Source of the DNA: Takakia lepidozioides
Lineage: Eukaryota > Plantae > Bryophyta
NCBI GenBank assembly: GCA_030704615.1
Contig: CM060732.1
Span: 19,530,001 to 19,594,000, forward strand
Length of the DNA: 64,000 bases
Reading direction: 5' to 3'
How positions within the stretch are numbered: position 1 is the first letter of the stretch; every line of letters starts with the position of its first letter. The position numbers and the translations under genes were made by a program. A model generated the notes under the pieces. The model had not been told where the DNA came from. It did not search any database and was given only the letters and a program-made list of their open reading frames with translations. Positions 49,201 to 60,788 of the stretch are shown piece by piece.

Positions 49201-49924
49201 CAATGGCCGTATGCATCTTCTCCCTCAGCCCAGGCATTTGTAAACCATTAATGCACAATCTGGAAGTGGAGTTAACATTGCTTGTTTTCTTCTGCTCTGT
49301 ATATTTATGGTTTTAGAGGGAGATACTACTGCATCCCTGGCAGAGGACTTAAATGTGAAGATCAGAAGTCCTTGGCCACTTAACTTCATGAGGCACTCTG
49401 CATTCGAGCAGTGATGTAGTCCTGATTGACCAGAATCTTGTTATATAAGCTCTTTGGGCGTCCTGTACACGTAATAATTCTCATTTTTTTTCTTCACTCG
49501 CAGAATGTTGCATGAAGCAGCATTTAGAGAAGTGAGGGTATTTGCAACTATTGACCCAAAGGATGGCATGCCGTGCATTAGCTACGTAGGTAACAAAGCT
49601 GGTGGTTGGACTGTCTGCAAACTCAGAAATGGGAGAAGTGAAGAGAACGTGGTTCGGAGGGCGCACCTTAACTTGCCAGCTGTTTGTGGAGTAGAAGAGG
49701 GGGTTCACTCCCGACTCCAATATGACCAGTTGGATATGTTGAAGACAGAGCAAGCAGGGAGTGCCAGTGAGGATGCTGATGAGGACGAGGAACCAGGTGA
49801 TAATGAGGATGAGGGAGACTATGAAGATCTGGATGATGATGACGACAAGGGGGCTTTTGAAGAGCATGGGGTCAAGGCAGAGCTGGACCCTGCATGCTCT
49901 TGCTTAGATCAGATCTCTCTTTGA
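37227..49924 (+). CDS. Predicted 811-aa fusion: plant PAXX/XLF-like (At5g64010-family) N-terminal domain + coiled coil + Ser/Pro linker + Crypton-derived DUF3504-like domain + acidic tail; 11 exons
   Basis: Exons 37227-37472, 43251-43371, 44202-44354, 44829-44875, 45024-45381, 45556-45808, 46785-46922, 47330-47719, 47867-48044, 48526-48656 and 49504-49924. All introns are GT-AG with matching phases; 2436 nt with no internal stop. N-terminal motifs: GFKPIY..PFLFYIYAADAGHLQVLTTDFHANTW..S.DQL, FSSDDVKVELGGP, ASDDMGTLALEIFEAF. C-terminal motifs: LVKFFCMVKKRSGDLFPSDSL, DPDGLVRRLVYY, FFLSP..VWFRHQNL, HRHSL. Confidence 0.75.
37719..42440 (-). mobile_element. Near full-length LINE (RTEX/L2-like: ORF1 + APE endonuclease + RT + C-terminal CCHC), antisense in intron 1, frameshifted
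   Basis: ORF1 runs from ATG 42307 (coiled coil, SWANIV, LNIRVTG, YLNDDLT) to TAG 41196-41194. ORF2 has GSWNCNG, LLETH, LVGDFNARTG, QAGFRRNQSTIDH, FVDFHKAFDSV, LLYADDVALL and RFRVGSHNLRIETGRW..LCPAC..ETEEHFFFYC. The 3' tail is (ATTTC)4 at 37719-37738. The 5' boundary and TSD were not resolved. Confidence 0.92.
46960..47007 (+). mobile_element. Short 3' tail of the LINE family in intron 7
   Basis: GAGCTTTCCGCGGACGTTATAAAGCACC(ATTTC)4. Confidence 0.8.
48870..49485 (+). mobile_element. Degenerate LINE 3' relics (two families) in intron 10
   Basis: 49090-49135 resembles the 3' UTR at 24880-24920. 49300-49485 resembles the ORF2 end and hairpin of the 37.7-kb LINE. Confidence 0.55.
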
Positions 49925-51205
49925 GTGTCACTAATGTTTATGCACTCTGGCTAGTTGTTGCAACCCGAAGTCCAAATCTGAATGGGACATGTTCTGCTGT
50001 CTGCCCATCTACACAGGCTAAGAATTAATTTGCCGGAGGGAGAGCTCAAAACAGGCTGGAATATCCTGTCTTCTGCATAGAGCAGTCCTTAAGGACAAGT
50101 CCACTTACCTTTGCAGATGGGTTCTTTATCATCAGACTCGATGAAGTTTAACAATCTATGAGTGCATTTGTCCCTAGGTTGAACTGGGAGTACTCCAATG
50201 TTCAGCATGGCCAAGTTGACACCATTGCAATACAGAAATCACAAAAACTTTGATGCTGGTTGGGGCATCCAATATGATTCGGCCTCTCAACTTTAATCCT
50301 TTTTTTTTTTTATGATTGCAATCAACTGCTTCTGTTGAACAATATGGCAATGTGCGGAGCTTTATAGAATACAGACGTTCTATTAAGACTTGGGGGTTTT
50401 TAACCTGATTTTAAGTCAGTTTTTCTAGCATGATACCAGTCTGAACTTTGGCATCATATTGATATGGCAATCATTCCTGGATCAACTTGTCCCTTCACAT
50501 TTAACCTTGCAATAATCATGAACTCACATCTACATGCGAAGAAAACCAACATCATTGTGACATGTCCGAGCAAACGTTTAAGGGGGGACCTGTCCAGGAA
50601 CTTGGACCATGGTACCACTATTTAGGGTTCAAGCTGAAATGCAGCTTCATTGCATTTTTAGTGTCAATCTACAACTTTGATGATAGATGTTACTCATTTC
50701 TATGTAAACTAATGTAGTAGCCTTCTCACTATTCAATCAGTGGAGGGAGTTGTTCATTAAGGTTGAGATTGAATCACCTTGACTGTTTGCCCAATGATCA
50801 CTCAAGTACGCAATACATATCTTCTGTATAGGACTGATGGAAGACAGTATAGCATAACTTTGCAGAACTGAGGCCATGGTATCGGTCCTGTCGCCTGTGA
50901 CTCGCTCCCAATGTCATTGCAGGGAACCTGCTTCAGTCATGTGAAGAATACAGCATGTCAAAAACGTTCACTAGCCATCGTACCTTACGCTCTCGGAGAC
51001 TCCTGATGGCAACTTCCAGGGTGGGATCAAGGGATGGATGGTGGATTGTGGTACGGTACCTTCCAGAGATGTGAGAGTCGTTTCCTCTCTCTCTTCGGCA
51101 CATGGGGCGGCCTGATGGTCAAGGTCTCTTTCCGCCTTCCCCAACACCAAGCTCTTCCAAGGCAAATATGAAAGTCTCACACACAAGTTTGGAACTAAGA
51201 TTCCG

Positions 51206-51412
51206 AAACCCTACCACCCTAATTTCGAGGTTTAGGGTTCGGAGTTCTGAACCCTGACTTCTAAGTTCACACATTGGGTACAATGTGGGGACATGTTCCT
51301 CGATATTAATTCATTCGTGCACGGCTAAACAATGTGGATGCAAAGATATTCAGAGTAACCTAAACTAGGTAGTGAAGTGGCACCTATACGTTAGGGTTTG
51401 GGGTTCAGGGTT
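51206..51412. promoter_or_regulatory. Telo-box cluster upstream of the LAS1-like gene
   Basis: AAACCCTA at 51206, TTTAGGGTT at 51231, TTAGGGTTT at 51391. Telo-boxes are established elements in promoters of plant ribosome-biogenesis genes. Confidence 0.6.
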
Positions 51413-51545
51413 TATGGTATATGTAAGCATCGCTCATCAGAGCTGCAGTGGATCAGCCGGGCAAGCTGCGAGGCGTGAGGTGGGAGGGTGCAAGCAGCCC
51501 CGACAGAGGTGGAGTGATTTGGAACAGTAGTGAGGAAGTCACAGC

Positions 51546-54500
51546 ATGCGGCAGGTTCCTTGGGAGAGCTGGCAGCAGTGGCACCATGTGCGCTGCTCCC
51601 TCTTCTCAGAATCATCCTCTCGAATTGCCGAAGCTCTTGATCGCGTAAGGGTCAATGCTCGTGAACATTTGTTGTCGTCGATTTGTTGGGCTAGATTCTC
51701 CAAATTGTACGGGAAGAGTTGATGCAGAATGTGCGTGTGTTGCAGGTGGCAGCATGGCGGAGCAGAGGGCAAGTTCCAGTGTCCGTGGATATCACCGCTG
51801 AGCTTATAAGCATTCACTGGAGGGACTCCCAAGTCACGTGAGTATGGTCAAATGCTACAGCTTTCAAAACTCTTCTTCAAGGAGAAATGCATTCATTTAG
51901 CTCCCCAGTCAGCACGTGTGTTGAGAAATTCGTGCCTGGGAAGGGTAATTCTGACTTGTATAAACGTCGTGAAATTGGTGAGCAGTGGGGGATTATCACA
52001 GCATTCAGTCCTTCCAGAGGAGATGCTTCGGATGATGTACGCAATGGCGATAATGAGGTAAGCCTCGTCGGAAATAGACCATTTCAGTCTGTGTCCTGTA
52101 ACCTTCCGGTGTTGTGTATTTGCCATAGCCCTGTGCTATCATAAGTGAATCCGTGTTTACGTTTGTTTTCGTAAATGCTACTACAGCCCTTTTACAGCAT
52201 TTGCAAGCTCCAGGAAATAATACCTAGGATGTTGCTGGGTTTTGGTTTGAAGTCCATGAAGTGTCAAGGGGTGATGCTGCAGGCTGGTGAATGGGGTGGT
52301 AGATCAATCGCAGAAACGGAATACAATGTCAGTGGCAGCACGTGCCGAGACAGCACAACTTCCACGTCTTCTCGTTGATATTCGCCATGGTGCGCTTGGA
52401 TCACCCTTTCTGTCTTAGCTGCAGGTACCGCCTTCTGTGCATAGTTTTTTGGGTGGATCGTGGAAGAAGCGCATGAGTCGATCAGTTACTGATTGTTTGT
52501 TACTTGAGTACTGCTGGTGAAGACGTACATATGACGTTCTCCACAAAGTTGGCGCGTCCAGCAGCATAGTGCCTGCCATTGCATGGAAACTTTACGAATG
52601 GTTCTGTTAATCACTAGGAATCCTGCTAGGTTAATCTTCTGGACAACTGTATATTAGTGATGGATTGAACTGTGACACTGCTGTGGTGATGACAGAGGCT
52701 GCACATAATGAGCTTCCAGGCCTGCCTCTGCTACGCCATGCAAGCAAACAGGTTTGGAAGCAACCTTGTAGGCTTTCTAGGAATTTTGTTTAAGAAAGAA
52801 TGTAATGGAAGGACAATGAGCTACTAGGGTGCCATCTAATTTACCAATTTGTTCAGGTGATTTGTTACATCTTTTAGCTCTATTCTTCTTGGTTTTCAAC
52901 GCTTTACACTTGGTTTACTCAAGGTTGACTGTGGTTATCATAGAATGTTTGCTTGCTTGTATGTGTGTTTCGGCATGCAACGTCTCTTGTTCTCTTGCAG
53001 AAGGAATTATACATTTTCTCAGGCTTGTGTAGTACCATCCTCTGGTGGTCTCGTTGTTTGAGAAACTTTAGGTTGGATAGGACTCATTTTATTTTGCTCT
53101 TCCAATAGGGTTGAATGGGAGAGGGTAAATTGTGGTGGGGACTTAGGCACTAGCCTGGCTGCAAGCACACTACTGGGAGGTGCAGCAGCAGGTTTTGCAC
53201 AATGCTCGGATGCTGTTAAAGTCCAAGCTTGTGGAACACTCTCAGCTGGTTCATGAAAGTTTGCAACCACAGCAGGTTTTTGGAAACCAGATGGATGGGC
53301 AAACTCGTAAACAGCAAAAGAAGCAGCTCAAGCGCTTCCTCCAAGGTAGCTGCCAAGATGCAATTTTTCATTAGCATGAAACCATCCATCTCCTTTTGTA
53401 AGATCTACTCATTGAGCTGAGTCTCTGCTTAAAGAGAAATGATGAAAAGGTGTGAAATATTTTCTGGATGCAGTTGCAAAGCAGCGACAGAGGGCAGTCT
53501 TCAGGGAGCTGCTGGAGCTTGCCCATTCTGCTGTCTCAGATGTGGTGAGCATACTCGTGGATGATGGAGTGTTGGTGCATGACAACTGGCCTACAACAGC
53601 TCCCACTGTCAACGGAGTTGCTGGCCTTGATGTTGAAGACGATGAAGACATTGCTGATGATGAGGATTCAAAGTCAGGGTTGGAGAGTTCGGGGACACTG
53701 ACCACTTTTGAGTGGGCTGCAGCTGTTGCATGGAAAGAGACTTTAATTCAGCTTTCAGCTCACATTCCCCAACTGCCAATGTTGCTGTTGGTTGCAATCA
53801 TTGAGCACATGGCAGGCCTCCATCCTAGTGATCTAGATACATCAGATGGGTATGGGCTATTCAAGTCATCAGCATTGCCAGATAGGTTGCCAGAGTGCTC
53901 TGACCCTGTTGCTAGTGACCGCTACATTGGATGGGCCACTTGGATTCTTGGTGAAGGGCATCTAATTGAGGATGACCGCACAGTCAGCAATGGTTCAGGA
54001 AAGGCTCGATCAGTGACTTGGACTGGGTTGAAGTCAAATATGCCAGTGGAACTTGCGCGGCAGTTGGTAGGCATTTGTTTGAAGAGCACCTTGAATAGAA
54101 AATTTCTAGGGAAACTTGTTCCAAATTTGGCCGAGCGGGTTGGTGACAGCTCATATCTGCACCGCGTTGTCTCTCTTGCTCGGTATGGTCCAAATTTTGT
54201 ATGTGGCAGGATTGATTGCCAAGAAGATGGTCAGGCTGGGCAAGATGCCGACAAGAATGGACCAGGCAAATTTGTTGGTGGAAGTGAAGAGAATCATTCT
54301 CAAGGATACATCAATGCCAGCACAGATTTTGCAGGAAAGCCTCAGCAGTGCAAGATGCACAGCCCTGAATCAGCATTGAAGGAGGCCAGGCAGCAACAGC
54401 AGGCCTTCTTGGAAGCTTTTTTTGTAAGTGAGGCTGTTGAAGATACATGGGAACCAGCTCAGGAAAAGCCATCAGGCAAAGTAGGACAATGGTCAAGGGT

Positions 54501-54999
54501 TGAGGGATGGGAGCCTTGTGCACTTGGTATGCTCCCATCTCCTTATCACTGCAGGGGTATCATTCCCAAACTGAGCAAAACTCTCATGGATGTCAGTCGA
54601 CAGAAAACATTTTCGCAGGAAGTCAAGGGAGGAGTGACGGTCAAGTGCAAGAATCAGCAAGGGGAGGTAGAGTGCTTGCAATTGACACAGAGAGCAATTG
54701 TTGAGCCTCCAAGACAACTACAGCTTGAAACTGATGAACCTTCATCTCTTGGTGAGAAGGGGCTGGAGCCCGAACATGATGCCAAGAGATTGAAGGTAGT
54801 ACAGTTCCAGGATGAGGTCTTGGAGAATGAGCCTGCTTTACGGACACAAGTTGACCGCAGTCCAAAGACACAAATTCTGAGTGATGATAAGGGCGATGAA
54901 TGTTTCAGATGGCAGGGTTGCTTGTTGCAAGGAGGTTTTGTACAGCCTTGTCCAGTGCAAGATCTTGCCTCTCTTCAGGCTGCCATCCATGTACTCTAG
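51546..54999 (+). CDS. LAS1: LAS1-like HEPN endoribonuclease (pre-rRNA ITS2 processing), 7 exons, 716 aa
   Basis: Exons 51546-51644, 51746-51837, 51986-52057, 52283-52389, 52696-52751, 53147-53345 and 53474-54999, all in phase. Motifs: VPWESWQQW, AWRSRG, LRMMYAMAIMRLVNG, LVDIRHEAAHNELP (RxxxxH), ALAWLQAHYW. Confidence 0.92.
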
Positions 55000-56751
55000 T
55001 TCCACTCCTGCAATTGGGAAATTTTACAAGGCGAACAGTTTGGAATATTCAAATTGTAATAAGGTATTCATATCTATCATTTTGAGTCCCATCCAAGCTG
55101 GAAAAGATTATCTGGCACTTTTTGTTGGTTATTTGCCATAGACGATGCTCCCTGGGAGTGTTGGCTTTTGATTCAACCCTTCAGGATGTAGCCTTGTGAT
55201 GGTAGAGGGAGCCAGTTTTGGTAGGGGTGGCTTTCGCACACTGACCAGATTTGTGTGGAGGTTTTCCATGTGCACTCATTCTTGGACCCACGGAGGCCTC
55301 TTGAAACCACAGCTGTCTGTCTCTATGAGCTCTCTAACTGAAGAAGCAGGTTGCCCAGTTTTCGCCTGCCAGAACTAGAACCATGCCCACCCAGCTTCCT
55401 GTACAATGTGCGGAGTTGGGAAGACTGACCCATGAATGGGTTGGTTTTGGAAAGTGCTCCATTCTTCCAACCCGTTTTTCGTCAAACATGTGCACATGGA
55501 AAGTGGGACACAGCAGGAACGGATGCTTTTTATTTCAGTACTGCTAGTGATACCCTTGTCTGTGATTGGGAAATATGGCAGACCAGACAATGACTTGGTT
55601 TGAAAGACTCCCAGATCAAGGAGAGATGAAGTGCACTCTTGCTGATCTGTAGGGGCTTGCATTGTCTTGCAACTACTACACACAAATGGTAATGTTCTGG
55701 CAGGCTCTGTATGTACGAATGTAGGAATGCAGCTGAGAAACCCGGGTTGGTCTCCAAATATAAAACTGGTCAATTGTAGGTAATAACATTCCCAACACTA
55801 TCTAGGATTAAGTGCATTGTTCTTCAGCAGCATGCCGTAACTGGGCATTAACTGACTGTCTGGGCCTCTTGCCTCGAGCTAAACTAGCTGCGATCGGGCT
55901 CGAGCTCTTCACCTATCAGGTCACCACACAGGCAGTGCTATACTTGGAAGCTCTCATTCTTGTCAACCCAATCAGAAGTGATTCAGTGATTGAGTGGGTT
56001 CAATGAAAGGATTTAAACTGTGGCAAAATCTTGGCAAATCTCTGTGGCAACCCTACCCCTTGCATACATCTCTAGTAGCTGAAGATGTCATTGGCTTCAA
56101 GGCTTGTTTTTTTTCCAAGACCAAGCTATTTCACTTCTCAACGGAGTGTTGCATAATGTACTTCATCTGAGTTGGCAAGTCAGGCTTCAATAATGTAGGT
56201 ATGAAGTTCCGACCTTGTGTGCATCCCATGCCACTAGAGAGAAAGAGCAAGAGGGGCAGGGAGGAGGCCATGCATAACAAAAGAGGATTTACAGAAACTG
56301 TAAAACTACAGACTACAGTCAGACAAACTGGCAGTTGTAAACCATCACACTCAAACTCTGGAAGGATCAACTAACGACACAGGCCATTCTTGCTAGAAAA
56401 GCTCCACATTCCGACGTTTTGAACAAAGGGCCTTTCCATCCCACTTCAACTCATGACCGACTTATGGCTCAAAAATGCAAATTACATTGCTCTCACTATG
56501 CTACCCACTTCCAACAGTTCACAATGGTCACAACCTGTTGTCACCTTCTACCCTACAAATGACAGTGAAAAGACTTCCGGAGTCAGACTTCTATCTACAA
56601 AGAAATCAATAGGAATATGACTAGTCACACAGTGTTATTCATGTCTGTGTTGGTATTCACAGTGTGGAGACTCCTGCCCTTCTAAAGCAAGAGCACAAGG
56701 AGCAACCCCAATCACTGGCCAGAGACAAAAGCTCCAACTACATCCTCCAAA

Positions 56752-58008
56752 TCATCTCCTGCGGGTTCCCACCACAGCAGCCGCAATTCCACTGGCAACC
56801 AGGCCTACTGCTGCTGCTGCCAAACCTACACCTACTAACCCATCTGACCCCAGGTAGCCAAACCAATAATCAGCCATGTGCTCCATCCCTAAACACATCC
56901 CTCCCCAGCTGCATACATCTGAAATAGTGAAAGATAGCAGCATCCAGAGGGGTCTGAAAAAACAGCACAGCACATGCATCGCTCTCTGCATCCTCTTCAT
57001 ATAGAGGGAACTACATAACACTCTCTAGTAAGAATATATATCACATCGTATCATTCAATGCAACCATACCTTTCGCAATCTTATCTTCAATTGTCTTCTT
57101 AAGAGCTGAAGCCTGCCGAAAATCAGGTGCGATCTGCAGGGTCCCCAAACATTTCAGGTTTGTGTGAGCATGATGCAATCTTTACAAGTGAATATACTTA
57201 AACTTATGCTCACTAAGATACCCGTCTTGTCACTTCTGTGCACCTTAAGTGCCCAGATCGTTGAATAACACTCTCTTTCTGTCTTTCCAATTTCTTTTCT
57301 TGAAGCGCCCAAAAAGTAAGGGAGCAATGCACGAATTGTTAACCTGAAGGGCTTGATCAACCAACCGCCGACTCCGTGCATATTCACCGGCCCGGTACTG
57401 CCCTACTGCAAGCAAGTAAAGGATCTCCCTCTTCTGAAGTGGTCCTCCCTGAACTGCCAAGGATGCTGCATGCACCCATAACCAGTAAACCAGTCTGGTC
57501 ACAAAGCATATCGAGACTAAGAGCAAACAATTGCAGTTAGATACCATACCAATACACCGCTTCAGACTGAGGCCGTCAACCAGACATGTCAAAGCCTAGG
57601 TCAAGGATACAGTAGGGATGCACTGTAGACCAGTAAATAAACGAGGAACAATAAATGCGATGACAGGGATGGAGTAAGACACCTTCTAGCATCGCTATGC
57701 CACGCTGCACATCGGCAGGATTTCGCGAATGGACCAGAGCCCATGCCAGCCTCATGATTCTCTCCTCCTTGTCTGCCCCTGAACTGCTCTCCCTGTCCCC
57801 CGCAACATCTTGCTCACAACTCTGCAGTATATGAACAAATCAAACTCAGACTCTCACAATGAAAACAAAAAGCCTACACACAAGAATTCCGATGCAGTCG
57901 AACCCAATTTTTCTTGAGCCTCACCGCAATCATTTCCGAGTCCGTCCACGGCAAGGAATCACTAGCCCCAAAGAGAGAGCTGATCGTATCTAAGAAAGCC
58001 CCTGCCAT
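56752..58008 (-). CDS. FIS1: Mitochondrial/peroxisomal fission protein FIS1, 5 exons, 166 aa
   Basis: Exons 58008-57925, 57821-57683, 57465-57344, 57133-57070 and 56843-56752. Motifs: MRLAWALVHS..DVQRGIAMLE, REILYLLAVGQYRAGEYARSR, APDFRQA..LKKTIEDKIAKDG, plus a C-terminal TM segment and basic tail. Confidence 0.96.
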
Positions 58009-58479
58009 CTCTCCGCAACGCGATCGGAATCCAGAAGGCACAAACACACGAATAAAACTATCAAAGGCTAATACCTCAAAAGGGTCAACAGGAAAATGAA
58101 CACCCTATCAAACCACAAACCCAGTCCGACTAAGCTTGCAAACACGTTAACAACCCAACACTACTCTAGTCCTCCAAGCCCGGAGCTGAAGCTGTCAGAG
58201 GGAGCTTGGATTACATCCGGGGTGTCTCACGTACCTATTCCTTGTCCCAGTGACTCATCCAAAGCCTCGCTTGTCCTCCAAGCATGTACTAGTAATAAGC
58301 TTACTTTGTTTTTATCTTCTCCGCCCACTGGCCCAAGCACTTTTTTTTTTTTTCCTTTTCCATACCCCAAAGGCCCATAACTTTCAGAAATTTGACATCC
58401 ATGAGGAAATAGAAGGTGAGCTACTACCTTGCCAGGCACCGTGGCATCCTCCCACAATCTTTTTTGCTGCGAAAAGCAG

Positions 58480-59080
58480 CGCCCGGGAAGGTAGTAAAGA
58501 TTAAGCTACCACCTCCTAAGGAAATGTTAATACTTTTCCTTTGTATTTGTCATGCCCTTAATAAAAAGCAGAATCCATGGGTGGTACATTCCGGCTGGTG
58601 GACAAACCCCATTAGCTTTCATCAGGAATGTGAACATGTGCAATGCTCCCAAAGATTCTCAGTCTCCTGAAGAAGTTTGGCTTTTCACCATGAAATCGTT
58701 CGTCTGGGATCATACATTTATTGGCCTTGGTGGAAGACATGTAATTTGTAAGCAGGTTTGCACTGTTGAGGGCCTCAGCCCACGGAGACTTTGACACACC
58801 CGTTGCATACACCATGGCCCTCGTTTTCTCTATTATAGTTCGATTATTCCGTTCAGCAACACCGTTCTGATGTGAGGTGTAGGATTGAGTTAGTTGTCTT
58901 TTGATTCCCTATTCATCACAAAATGATATAAAATCCTCATAAAGGTACTCACCTCCTCAATCACTTCTGACGCATTTGATTCTCTTGCCGGTGAGATTCT
59001 CCACAATTGTTGTGAATTTCTTAAAGTAAGAGAAAGCTTGAGACTTGTGCTTCAAGAAGTAGACCCACCCCTTCCGGCTG
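58480..59080 (-). mobile_element. Ty1/Copia integrase relic
   Basis: SRKGWVYFLKHKSQAF..IKCVRSD*GGEY..QNGVAERNNRTI..WAEALNSA, LRIFGSIAHVHIP, with stops. Confidence 0.85.
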
Positions 59081-59144
59081 CGACCCATAGAGTACATGTC
59101 CCTCACATTTCTCTTTACTTCCAATGCTAGTTGAATATGTAATA

Positions 59145-59850
59145 GGGGAGGTACTATTTTGAGGCCCAAGGTCGTTAAGGTAACCTCCCCAAAAATCAAG
59201 GTCGTTGGAATAAGAAATACACCTTAAGAAAATAAAAATTATTTTCTTACAAGGCATATTTTTCCTGTGACATGGGCAATGTAATTTGTTCATTCGGCCT
59301 CGGCCTGGAGCATTGTTCGCTAGATTATCCTTCAGGTCCTACATGAGTCTGTGTCTCATGGCTGTTCCAAGGGTTTTATTTTTTTTCCCTTCAATAGTTA
59401 TCAATAACATTCTCGAGGGCTACCTTCCCTTTCTGGGCAAATAAAAAATAAAAATAAAAATAAAACCATCCTAAGTTGTTTCTTTGATTGTTGGAGTAGT
59501 TACGAATTAGTTATGAATTTTCACCTAGTTAGAAGTAGACTCACCTATTAGTAGCCTCGCCTGTTCACGCTAGTAGACTCACCTATTCACGTCAACAGAC
59601 TCACCAATTCAAAATCATCCATCTATGATTCTTCATCCAATGGTGTCTAAACATGTGTTATGCATGAACCAGGACATTATAAAATGACGGATTTGCATCG
59701 CTTTGATGTTGGACAGTGGGGTTTTTTTTCAATAGCTAAGGGTTTTAGGTGGGGTAATGGAATTGGGTGAGGTTACCTTAGGCCGAGGCTAGGTGACCTC
59801 ACCAATGGGGAGGGCCAAGAAATTGCACCTCCCAAGAAATTGCACCTCCC
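59145..59850. mobile_element. Probable MITE / non-autonomous TIR element (about 700 bp)
   Basis: The left end (GGGAGGTACTATTT...TAAGGTAACCTCCCCAA) matches the reverse complement of the right end (GGGAGGTGCAATTT...TAAGGTAACCTCACCCAA). The interior is AT-rich and non-coding. Confidence 0.45.
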
Positions 59851-60788
59851 ATTATATAAAGCAATTGCCATTATTTTCTAGAAAGATGTCATGTCATCAC
59901 AAAACATCTCCTCTGGCTAGACCAACTTCCGGTGAGGGAAGTCCAATAAAGTACAAAGAAAAATAATGACAAGCTCTTTACGTACTACCGTAATTGCCCA
60001 TTTGTCAGGTCTCTGCCGAGGTAATTAATTATTTCTCTTGAAGAAGAGCTCCGATAGTCTTTTTGGAGCTTTTGCAATTCCGGTAGTAATCATGATATTC
60101 TAGTGACAAGTAAAGATCATCAGTCTCATTTGGTTAGTTATATCAAACATGTGTATTTCAACAGTATGAAGTTATGAACCCAACAATCATCACCATACTT
60201 AGTGAGCAAAAATATTGAGAACCAAGTGGTGGACTTGGGCTTGACCCAATGGCCCAACTCAATTCCAAAGAAGCCCGACTATAAAGGCAGATAGAGTTGC
60301 AAAGCAGTTGCATGTTGAATGAAGGCATGAGATCATCTTTAGGTGTGGGAGGTAGAAATGAGAGCCTCTCATTTTAAGATAATAGGGTCTTCAATGGGCA
60401 CGTGCGATGTGGCCGGTGGGCCCCGCGCAGCAGCAACCGCGCTCGTGCCCCCGTCCGCCGCGCGGCCAGTCCCCCGCCCATGAGTCCGCTGCCCTCCAGT
60501 TTGCCAGTCCGCTGCCCAGCAGTGCCCGCCAGTCCGGTGCTGGCCAGTCCGCTGGCCAGTCCCCTGCCATCCAGTCCACTGACGGCGCAGGATCGCCACC
60601 GTCCATTCCCATAACCCATCCGAGCCCTCCATTTTTAGGGCTGCAATTCAAACCTGCATCCATGCCGCCTGCCACTTGCCAGCAGCCGCGAACGTGCGCA
60701 CTGTTCTCCTGGTACGTTGTCGATCGTGTCATGTACTGCGGCACGTTTCTTGCATGTTCAGAAGCGGGTCCTTTGTATTGTATAGGGC

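Noticed and set aside
51206-51412. Interstitial telomere
   Set aside because: Only isolated, imperfect TTTAGGG units; better explained as promoter telo-boxes.
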